The notes under the pieces are model-generated. The model was not told where the DNA came from. It saw only the letters and a program-made list of their open reading frames with translations, and did no database searches. Both the position numbers and the translations under genes were made by a program. A stretch of 64,000 bases of DNA from a virus. Shown in pieces: positions 56,958-64,000 of the stretch (its first letter is position 1; the number at the start of each line of letters is the position of its first letter). The stretch spans positions 64,001-128,000 of the IMG/VR virus record IMGVR_UViG_3300045971_000354; one strand, 5' to 3'.

Positions 56958-57397
56958 TTCTTGACTCCTAATGCAGCACTATTTAGGATACTAATAGCTT
57001 CTGGATCAATTACACACTGCGAATCGAGCTTCTTAGAAACTTCGTCAATATGTGTCTGAATAGCAGCCTGCGTAGCTTTAACTGACGCCATTTGTGTTTT
57101 TACTGCATCGGAAATTTCTTTATTCTTATCTTGACTTTGGGCTTCTGCAATTGCAGCCTGCGCCTGTGCTGCTTCAATTTGTGCTATATAGCTTTTTTCT
57201 GCTACATACCCGCCCTCAAAAAACACCCCTGCAAGTAAACATAGTGCACCTACTGCTTTTGCAAGTATTCCATATTCTGAAATACCTACAATATTCTTTG
57301 CGACAGCTCCCACTATGCTAAGTATAATTCCTAACACAATTAGTCCGTGCACTATCCATTCAACTGCACCGTTTGGTAAGATTGACATAAACCACAT
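56954..57397 (-). CDS. Inner-membrane i-spanin-like protein
   Basis: N-terminal TM segments, coiled coil, C-terminal Cys; overlaps o-spanin start. Confidence 0.65.
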   Translation of the reverse strand: MWFMSILPNGAVEWIVHGLIVLGIILSIVGAVAKNIVGISEYGILAKAVGALCLLAGVFFEGGYVAEKSYIAQIEAAQAQAAIAEAQSQDKNKEISDAVKTQMASVKATQAAIQTHIDEVSKKLDSQCVIDPEAISILNSAALGVKK

Positions 57398-58167
57398 TAC
57401 CAGATGTCCTTGGATAAAATAACAGCACGACTACCGTTGCGGATTAAGAAGTGCCCTTCGATCTTGTTAATATCGTAGTTACCTAAATACTTGTTTAGGA
57501 ATAATACTTGCCCTCTGCTCGATTCGTCTAACTGTAGCCCGCCTCTAAGTGCGTTCTTTAAGGTATTATATTCGCCTATGGCGATTAGTTTTGCAGTTAG
57601 CGGACCGGCATAGGGCTTTGTAAACGTAATTGTTTGACTCTCGCCCATTTCAACTGAGTCAATTGCACCTTGGTCAAAGAAATCTGTCACTTCTCCTTGA
57701 TCTTCTGACGATGTTCTTGCCTCGTATTCTTCGGGAGTTAAAGGAACTACTTTTGCAAAATCTTCTTCGGAAAAGTCGTATCCTTCTTTATCTTTATACC
57801 AGCGGAATCGCCAGTCTGAGCACTCGCATAGTTGTCCTAACCCTGCAAGTAGATCTTTAACATTACTTGGAGATTTTTTATCCCGTTCTAGTTCAACAAA
57901 TATGCTGTACTGTCCGTCCTTCTCTTCGCCCGAACTAACGTCGGCATCTAGAACGAAGTCGTAACCTTTCTCAATAAACTCCATTAAGTCAATTGCAGGT
58001 TCTTTATCAACAGCACGAAAACGAATAACCATTACGTCTTTGTCATTGCCCATCTTGCTTTCATATTGATCTATGGTGAAGTGATTGTCTACCATATCTT
58101 TAAGGTCGGACCTACGTAGGCCTTCCATTACTTTATTGACCTTGGACCGGTGCTGGCGTGTTGTCAT
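57397..58167 (-). CDS. Hypothetical protein
   Basis: 256 aa; ID.Y.SKMG.D, FIEKGY.FVLDADVS.GE; start uncertain. Confidence 0.65.
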   Translation of the reverse strand: MTTRQHRSKVNKVMEGLRRSDLKDMVDNHFTIDQYESKMGNDKDVMVIRFRAVDKEPAIDLMEFIEKGYDFVLDADVSSGEEKDGQYSIFVELERDKKSPSNVKDLLAGLGQLCECSDWRFRWYKDKEGYDFSEEDFAKVVPLTPEEYEARTSSEDQGEVTDFFDQGAIDSVEMGESQTITFTKPYAGPLTAKLIAIGEYNTLKNALRGGLQLDESSRGQVLFLNKYLGNYDINKIEGHFLIRNGSRAVILSKDIW

Positions 58168-58672
58168 CTGGCATTGCCTCCGTAGCTGCTGAATCTGGGT
58201 TCATTTCTGTGTTTGGATTGATCGTAATATGATCACGAACGTACTCGCTCTGTTGGCGCTTCTGTCCTTGATATATATCTTGCATAAGTTTTTTTGGCAT
58301 AGTAATAGATACTACCCAAATAGGGTGCGAATCAATCTTTCCTTTCTTTGTTCCTGGGCGAAAATCGCTTGCTTTGTAAACTTTACGTGGAACTAGCAGA
58401 TCTTCCTTTTGATATGTTACTTTGCAGCCGTAATCAAGCAATCTTGCTGCTGCTACAGGATCTGGCATATCTTCGTACGGCCACATAAACTTGCAAGTAA
58501 CTGCATGCCGATGTACTTCAGGACCAACAACTAGCTCGCCGTCTTCCCAGTTCTTGTACACATACAAATCTAGGTCGTCGATTACTCGTTCAAAATCCTT
58601 AAGAATCTTAAAAGCATCGTCGTTTGTTGTAAGTGTTTCAATGTTTTTGATTACATCTATAATATCATGCAT
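58133..58672 (-). CDS. Hypothetical late protein
   Basis: DFERV.D..D.YVY.NW..GE...GP; perfect TATAAATA at 58696-58703. Confidence 0.7.
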   Translation of the reverse strand: MHDIIDVIKNIETLTTNDDAFKILKDFERVIDDLDLYVYKNWEDGELVVGPEVHRHAVTCKFMWPYEDMPDPVAAARLLDYGCKVTYQKEDLLVPRKVYKASDFRPGTKKGKIDSHPIWVVSITMPKKLMQDIYQGQKRQQSEYVRDHITINPNTEMNPDSAATEAMPDDNTPAPVQGQ

Positions 58673-58786
58673 GGAAAGTTCCTAGTTATCTAGTATATTT
58701 ATACGATTCAAAATTATGCCATTTAATTACCCTTTTAGCATTAGAAGTTAAATACTTTTGCAGGTCCCCGACATAGGAGGTCACCA

Positions 58787-59542
58787 TTGTCAAGACTAAA
58801 ACGACGCGAACGTAGTACAGGGGCTAACAACAGTCCCGATCCTAGATTCAATGAAACTAAAAATCTTATTGAGATTAAAAACTACATCAAAAAGAAGCAG
58901 CAAGTCCAAATCATTCCTCGCAATACTAGCCAGGAAACATACTTAGAACTACTTAAGAACCCCAAAAAATACATTATTTTTGCTATCGGACCCGCCGGCA
59001 CAGGCAAAACGATGATTGGTGTTCAAATGGCCATTAAACAATTAAAAGAGGGGGTGATTTCTAAAATAGTAGTCACGAGGCCAGCAGTAAGTGTAGATGA
59101 GGATCACGGGTTTTTACCAGGAACATTAAATGAAAAGATGGCGCCCTGGACTCGTCCTATTTTTGATGTGTTTGAAGATTATTATCATCCGAAAGATATC
59201 CAAACGATGTTAGAAGATGGCGTTATCGAAATAAGCCCGCTAGCTTATATGCGTGGACGCACATTCAAAGACGCCTTTATTGTAGCTGATGAGATGCAAA
59301 ATGCAACTCCTAGCCAGATGAAGATGTTGTTAACTCGTATTGGGGAAGGTTCGAGAATGGTCGTTACAGGAGATTTACATCAAGCAGATAGACCAAACGA
59401 AAACGGATTGTTGGATTTTGTCCAACTTGTCCAATCACATAAGGGCCACAAAATGATTGACGTGTGCTGGTTTGAAACCAAAGACATCGAACGTCACCCT
59501 GTGGTTAAAGAAATTTTATCAATCTATAAGGAATTGGATTAA
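58787..59542 (+). CDS. phoH: PhoH-family ATPase
   Basis: GPAGTGKT, TRPAV, GFLPG, YMRGRTF, DEMQN, LTRIG, GDLHQ.D, RH; TTG start with GGAGG; TAAATA at 58749-58754. Confidence 0.95.
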   Translation: MSRLKRRERSTGANNSPDPRFNETKNLIEIKNYIKKKQQVQIIPRNTSQETYLELLKNPKKYIIFAIGPAGTGKTMIGVQMAIKQLKEGVISKIVVTRPAVSVDEDHGFLPGTLNEKMAPWTRPIFDVFEDYYHPKDIQTMLEDGVIEISPLAYMRGRTFKDAFIVADEMQNATPSQMKMLLTRIGEGSRMVVTGDLHQADRPNENGLLDFVQLVQSHKGHKMIDVCWFETKDIERHPVVKEILSIYKELD

Positions 59543-59571
59543 AAATCATTCAGCTTTAACTTAACCCAAAC

Positions 59572-59615
59572 AAAAACCGCATAACACTGACCTGCAACTC
59601 AGTTATGCGGTTTTT
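59572..59615. terminator. Bidirectional terminator
   Basis: AAAAACCGCATAAC ... GTTATGCGGTTTTT 14-bp inverted repeat between convergent genes. Confidence 0.85.
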
Positions 59616-59617
59616 CA

Positions 59618-59977
59618 TTAAAAGATACTAATAAACGAATGCCACATGCTTTCAACAAGATGATACACCCACATTACTCCCTGCCACAATAACCAGCATA
59701 CAAATGCAGTGCCTAGCAAATCGACCATCCAGCTAGATTTCGATGAACTATTATTTTCAGATTGCGGCTGATCATAATAAGTTTGGTTATATTGTTGGGG
59801 TACTTGACTAGCATTTTTTGCCGCAGCCCTCGCAGCATTTTCTGCGGCCTTTGCAGCTTTTTCTTGGACCTTAATCTGCTTTTTCTGTAATTCAATTTGT
59901 TTACAAACCGGGCATCCCATCCAAGTTAGTGTATTGCTTCCACACCCGCCACAAAAACTAGTTTCTGCATTTGCCAT
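59618..59977 (-). CDS. Zn-ribbon + coiled-coil + C-terminal TM protein
   Basis: CxxC...CxxC, Ala/Lys coil, hydrophobic C-terminus; own promoter. Confidence 0.6.
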   Translation of the reverse strand: MANAETSFCGGCGSNTLTWMGCPVCKQIELQKKQIKVQEKAAKAAENAARAAAKNASQVPQQYNQTYYDQPQSENNSSSKSSWMVDLLGTAFVCWLLWQGVMWVYHLVESMWHSFISIF

Positions 59978-60001
59978 AATAACTTTCTTTAATGTAATAA
60001 T

Positions 60002-60030
60002 AGTATAACATCATTATTTGGCAAAGTCAA
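60002..60030 (-). promoter_or_regulatory. sigma70 promoter TTGACT-17-TATACT
   Basis: Read directly. Confidence 0.75.
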
Positions 60031-60056
60031 GTACTAAATTACTCAAATTATTAGCA

Positions 60057-60983
60057 TTACTTCTGGAGTCTAGCCAATTTACAGAGCGTGGCTGCAAGGT
60101 TAATTTCTGGATCAGCAATAATTGCATGATCACACAAGCCTTGCTTAATAATTAGCAATGCACTATCCTTTGTATCGTCATCCTTGCCAAACAAATCTAA
60201 ATTGTCATAAAGCCAACGATAAATGTCTTCCATTTCTTCCGGACGAGCACTTGCACAAATCAACTTACGAGCTTGTTGAATCTTACCTGCCTTAAACAAT
60301 TCAACCATTTGCAGCTTGTAATCACCGCTGCTCGAATCACTTGCAGTTACACCCATCAATTTTCCATCCTGCACATTTTGTTGCACAAGATTGATACATT
60401 TACGCAGATCCGGATACGCAGCTTTTACAAAAGTGTCCAGCGTGTCTAGGTCAAAATCAATGTTCTCTTCCATTAGAATAGTTGCAACACGAGCAGTATA
60501 TTCATCCTGATCAACTTTATCAACGTGAAACGATTGACACCGACTATGAATAGCTGGCATAATTCGCTGCGGCAAGTTACAAGTAAGCACAAAGCGAGCG
60601 GTCTCGTGAAACTGTTCCATAACACCACGCAACACAGCCTGAGCATTATGCGTTAGGTAGTCTGCCTCGTCTAACAGCACAACCTTAAACGGTCCAAACG
60701 GAATCATACTAACAAAGTTGATGATCTTGTCTTTCAAGAAATCAACACCGTTATCGCGACTTGCGTTAATTTCCAACAGATCGAATTCTTCAATGCCGAT
60801 TTCATTCAGCAGCATCTTTGCCAATGTAGTTTTACCAATACCGGGACTGCCACTTAGCAGCAAATGAGGAATAGATTTCTCCTTAATCCAGCTATTAACT
60901 TGTCTCCGTTGATTTTCATCGCGAAACACGTATCCGTCTACTGTTTTAGGACGATACTTCTCTACCCACAATTCCTTAGCCAT
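60057..60983 (-). CDS. Clamp loader AAA+ subunit (gp44/RFC-small-like)
   Basis: WVEKYRP, GSPGIGKTT, EINAS, LDEAD, SRC, DLR. Confidence 0.93.
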   Translation of the reverse strand: MAKELWVEKYRPKTVDGYVFRDENQRRQVNSWIKEKSIPHLLLSGSPGIGKTTLAKMLLNEIGIEEFDLLEINASRDNGVDFLKDKIINFVSMIPFGPFKVVLLDEADYLTHNAQAVLRGVMEQFHETARFVLTCNLPQRIMPAIHSRCQSFHVDKVDQDEYTARVATILMEENIDFDLDTLDTFVKAAYPDLRKCINLVQQNVQDGKLMGVTASDSSSGDYKLQMVELFKAGKIQQARKLICASARPEEMEDIYRWLYDNLDLFGKDDDTKDSALLIIKQGLCDHAIIADPEINLAATLCKLARLQK

Positions 60984-60986
60984 TCT

Positions 60987-61451
60987 TTATCCTTTTTTAA
61001 GTTCTGCTTCTGTTACACGTTTGCGTAGACTACTGCTACTAAACGAATGATCTCTACCATTATACACAATTTGTATGCCTCTTGCAAGGCATTCGGCTTT
61101 TCCAGTAAATTCCTTATGCTCATATTCGACACCTAATATTCGCACATCAACCGGCAGGATAAGCAGCAAGTCTATGACATCTTTCTCCGTTTGATATACA
61201 ACTACTTCGTCTACATTACGATTGGTACTTAATTGAATTTGTCGTTCTACAATACTCTGAACAGGCGGATTCTTCGTATCCGGTCGATCAATAGTTGGAT
61301 CAGTTTGTAACGCTGCAATCAAGTAATCGCAATGATTCTTTGCTTCTGCAAGCATTGCGATATGACCTGCATGAAAAAGATCAAATGTAGAGAACGTGAT
61401 TCCAATCACAAGTCCTTGCTGTTTTAGTTCTTTAATTTTGTTAAATATCAT
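60987..61451 (-). CDS. Cytidylyltransferase (TagD/glycerol-3-phosphate CT-like)
   Basis: TFDLFHAGH, ER...L....VDEV, SSSSLR. Confidence 0.85.
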   Translation of the reverse strand: MIFNKIKELKQQGLVIGITFSTFDLFHAGHIAMLAEAKNHCDYLIAALQTDPTIDRPDTKNPPVQSIVERQIQLSTNRNVDEVVVYQTEKDVIDLLLILPVDVRILGVEYEHKEFTGKAECLARGIQIVYNGRDHSFSSSSLRKRVTEAELKKG

Positions 61452-61701
61452 CTTCTATTACCTCCATTTCCGGAATACACGGTTTATCGTTGCTTTCCCA
61501 TTCTGGAAAATAATGTAACCTATATTCTTTTCCGCCCATTTTATAATATTCTGTACTTGAGCGTTGATTGTTTGTTTCTTTGTAAGGCCCTACTAACATG
61601 AGGAGAAGCATAGTGTCGTTAAACTCTTTGCCCTCAATTTTTCGAGTCGCCGGCCCCATCACTTTTCGTATAAAGGCAAGAGCTTCTGCCTTTGTTTTCA
61701 T
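61441..61701 (-). CDS. Hypothetical protein
   Basis: 86-aa ORF in operon. Confidence 0.55.
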   Translation of the reverse strand: MKTKAEALAFIRKVMGPATRKIEGKEFNDTMLLLMLVGPYKETNNQRSSTEYYKMGGKEYRLHYFPEWESNDKPCIPEMEVIEDDI

Positions 61702-61868
61702 TAAACAAGTTCCTCGACAATCCCCAGCCCCTCTGCTAGAATAAGGAAGATGCCGCCTGCATATATTGCACCATAACAGAATGCAGCACCTGCTACGATG
61801 CGAAGTACACTCTTGACAAGAGATATATAGAAGTGACCTTTACTTGTATCTTTAGGTTGAATATTCAT
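61701..61868 (-). CDS. 55-aa membrane protein (not in ORF track)
   Basis: MNIQPKDTSKGHFYISLVKSVLRIVAG...LAEGLGIVEELV fills the gap with coupled stop/start. Confidence 0.65.
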   Translation of the reverse strand: MNIQPKDTSKGHFYISLVKSVLRIVAGAAFCYGAIYAGGIFLILAEGLGIVEELV

Positions 61869-62335
61869 TTTACGTAGATAATTTTATCGAAGCCTTCTGC
61901 TTCAGTTGGTTCTTCCCAGTTAGCTCGCATACTCTGCACAACTTCGGGAGGAATAGTTTTCCCCGGACGTGACGCAAGACGACGTTGCAGTTCCTTAGCT
62001 TCGGGAGTTTGAAACACGACTGCAATCATTTCGTATCCGCGCAACATGTTAAACTTTTTACGACGTGCTACCTTTGTAGTAGAAGTTTGATCCCAAACGA
62101 TATCAAGTCCTTGCTTTACTGCATCAACTACACTATCTGCCATTAGTTGAACCGCAGTTGGCATATAATCTTTAAACACATCTGAATAGGTCTTACCTTG
62201 TTCTTTTGCGTGTTTCTCAACATGGCCGTCAGTAGATACTAGAACAGTTTTGTTCCAGTCAAATGGCTGTTTTGCAATCCAGGTTGATTTCCCAGCACCT
62301 GGCACGCCTACTAAGATATATGCTGTTGGCTTCAT
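61865..62335 (-). CDS. P-loop kinase (AAA_33 / polynucleotide kinase-like)
   Basis: GVPGAGKST, STD, WDQT, R...R..K.IP..V, EGFD. Confidence 0.85.
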   Translation of the reverse strand: MKPTAYILVGVPGAGKSTWIAKQPFDWNKTVLVSTDGHVEKHAKEQGKTYSDVFKDYMPTAVQLMADSVVDAVKQGLDIVWDQTSTTKVARRKKFNMLRGYEMIAVVFQTPEAKELQRRLASRPGKTIPPEVVQSMRANWEEPTEAEGFDKIIYVK

Positions 62336-62550
62336 TTTGAAATTCCGAAATGGTCAGTAATATCACACGATGCTTCGAAAATAGGATCCGCAGTGTGCGA
62401 GTAATCTTTAGCCCTAATTAGTGTTGCACATTCTTTAACAATCAAATTGGCAAGGTTTTCAGAATACTCTAATAGCCCGTGTTCGAACAGCGTACCTTTT
62501 TCTGTTTGGTGCCTTGCTTGTTTAGCGAGTTCTTTAATTCGTTCGTTCAT
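62332..62550 (-). CDS. Small phage protein, MNERIKEL family
   Basis: True start MNERIKEL 5 nt after the -10 box. Confidence 0.65.
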   Translation of the reverse strand: MNERIKELAKQARHQTEKGTLFEHGLLEYSENLANLIVKECATLIRAKDYSHTADPIFEASCDITDHFGISK

Positions 62551-62555
62551 GCTAT

Positions 62556-62593
62556 ATTGTAGCACATAAGAAAGGGACTGTCAAGTCCCTTTC
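62556..62593 (-). terminator. Terminator hairpin overlapping the -35 box of a sigma70 promoter (TTGACA-17-TACAAT)
   Basis: Minus: GAAAGGGACT-TGAC-AGTCCCTTTC-TT; -35 at 62579-62584, -10 at 62556-62561. Confidence 0.75.
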
Positions 62594-62595
62594 GT

Positions 62596-62958
62596 TTATT
62601 CTAAAAACGGAGCAAGTTCCGGTGCAGTCCATCCGACTGGTTTGAGAACTTTACCATCTTCTCGTTTTCGAACCTTTCCTGTTTCTTTATCAATTTTGGC
62701 AAAGTTAGTTTTCATAACTTCTTTCCAAGCACCTTCTGCATCAAATCCGGCACTATGAATTGCCCCAATTGTAACAACTAGTATATCGATTAATGCATCA
62801 AGTTGTTCTAACTTGTCGTTTGCTTCAAGTGCATCGTTTAGCTCAGTATGTTCCTCATCAATTAACTTGATGTACATATCGTATTGCGCTTGATTAAAGC
62901 CTTCAACACTTTGGTCGCAAGCTCGCATAAATGTTGCTTGATCACGGAACGGATTCAT
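62596..62958 (-). CDS. MazG-like/all-alpha NTP pyrophosphohydrolase
   Basis: LIDEE..EL......DALID...V, W.EV..TN.AK...R.DGKVLKP.GW. Confidence 0.85.
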   Translation of the reverse strand: MNPFRDQATFMRACDQSVEGFNQAQYDMYIKLIDEEHTELNDALEANDKLEQLDALIDILVVTIGAIHSAGFDAEGAWKEVMKTNFAKIDKETGKVRKREDGKVLKPVGWTAPELAPFLE

Positions 62959-62959
62959 A

Positions 62960-63562
62960 TTATTTTTCCTTTTTTCTGTTTGCTTGTGCAAGTTTTCTTG
63001 CTTCGGACCAAGGTTTCCCTTTTAAATGTCCCCATTTCTGTTTCCGGTCATCCTCAGGTAGTTTCATCCTATCTGATGCCGCGTCTTTCATTTTATTTTT
63101 AATATCGTCGGAATGCGTCTTTCCACGATACGGATTATTCTCTCTCATCCATTCACTATGATTTTCTTTTCTTTCTGCTGCTTTAACAGGATCATTTTGA
63201 ATTTCTTCATATGACATTCCTTTGTAAGGGCTCGTCCTTCCTCTTGCAGAATTTCCTATTTTTTTCTTTGCGTCAGTTGTGTGAGAAAAAGTTCCACCAT
63301 CGCCCGATTCTGGTTTAAGATTTGCCCATTCAACTGCTTCTACTATATTCCACATTTTACTATATCGCAACCCTTCTTCTTTTATTTTAACAGGATCTTC
63401 ACTTTCGCACAATATTTCAGTATCAAATTCATATCCATGTTTATCCAAGTGTGCCCGCCATCGTGTGCCTGAACCGGGATACGAGTGCGGGTCTTTTGAA
63501 GAAGTTTTGCCTAAATATTTTAGTCCTGTAATTCGATGTGTTTTTATGTATAAGTAAATCAT
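62960..63562 (-). mobile_element. Free-standing GIY-YIG-type homing endonuclease with NUMOD3 repeats
   Basis: YLYIKTH.ITGLKYLGKT..DP..Y.GSG..W; paralogue of 24773..25333; TAAATA at 63568-63573, 5 nt before ATG. Confidence 0.85.
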
Positions 63563-63590
63563 ACAACTATTTATCACCGAAATGGGTTGG

Positions 63591-63968
63591 TCATGTTGGA
63601 ATATTGAAATTAAAGTTTGAACCGGCACCTGCTGCAATTCCTCGCATTACATCAGTTGGCTTTTCGTCGGTAATCATCATGATACCGTTATTGTCTGCAA
63701 CGTGCAATTCAGTAATGCTGCCGTCTGCATTTTCGTATTCGAAAGTTCGTGTCCATCGACCGTGTTCCATTAAAATCCAGTCACCTACCTTGACATCGAG
63801 CATATCGGGGCCTACTGCAAATACCTTACCCCAACGTGGTTTAATACCTTGACCTTTACCGTTGTCGCTTTGCAGGACAATTCCCGTGGCTGTTTTTTCT
63901 TCGCCGAAGTTCATGTCACTGACGAACACTCTATCTTTCAACGGGCGTAACGTACCTTGAATCTTCAT
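63591..63968 (-). CDS. groES: GroES-like co-chaperonin
   Basis: LRPLKDRV, TATGIVL, GKVFAVGP...VKVGD.IL. Confidence 0.85.
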   Translation of the reverse strand: MKIQGTLRPLKDRVFVSDMNFGEEKTATGIVLQSDNGKGQGIKPRWGKVFAVGPDMLDVKVGDWILMEHGRWTRTFEYENADGSITELHVADNNGIMMITDEKPTDVMRGIAAGAGSNFNFNIPT

Positions 63969-64000
63969 CTTATTCCTTTGGTGATTGATTGTTGTAGTGA

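Noticed and set aside
1-64000. Stop-codon reassignment, tRNA or rRNA genes
   Set aside because: Genes are full length in the standard code with TAA, TGA and TAG all used as stops; intergenic gaps are short and I saw no cloverleaf/T-loop pattern (tRNAscan not run)

Overview
AT-rich 64-kb segment of a large, T4-related/jumbo-type lytic myophage with a probable Gram-negative host (spanins, ClpA); standard genetic code. Positions 1-20350 (+): tail/baseplate morphogenesis block with a 5'-truncated >3,100-aa baseplate-like protein, a collagen fibre, an S8 protease and four paralogous fibre proteins. It ends in a bidirectional terminator. Positions 20398-64000 (mostly -): MoxR AAA/vWA pair, RNase H, a 7-deazaguanine cluster (queE, folE, DpdL-like T-fold protein, TGT/DpdA-like protein) interleaved with a glycosyltransferase, UDP-sugar dehydrogenase, PRTase, HIT and cupins, then sliding clamp, family-B DNA polymerase and a DsbA-like gene. 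Next comes a block of probable head-packaged proteins, including a 1,885-aa multi-enzyme polyprotein punctuated by protease-site-like x-x-E|G/A/S motifs, followed by ClpA/PDF/DnaJ, holin/spanins, PhoH, clamp loader, kinase, a MazG-like enzyme and GroES. Four free-standing homing endonucleases, consensus sigma70 promoters and T4-like late (TA)TAAATA promoters are readable directly. Best candidates for new biology: (1) a possibly glycosylated 7-deazaguanine DNA modification pathway, (2) an injected protease-processed polyprotein system, (3) a tandem RNA-hairpin operator before the polymerase, plus an AUU start and several leaderless genes. All functional calls come from motif recognition by eye, not database searches.
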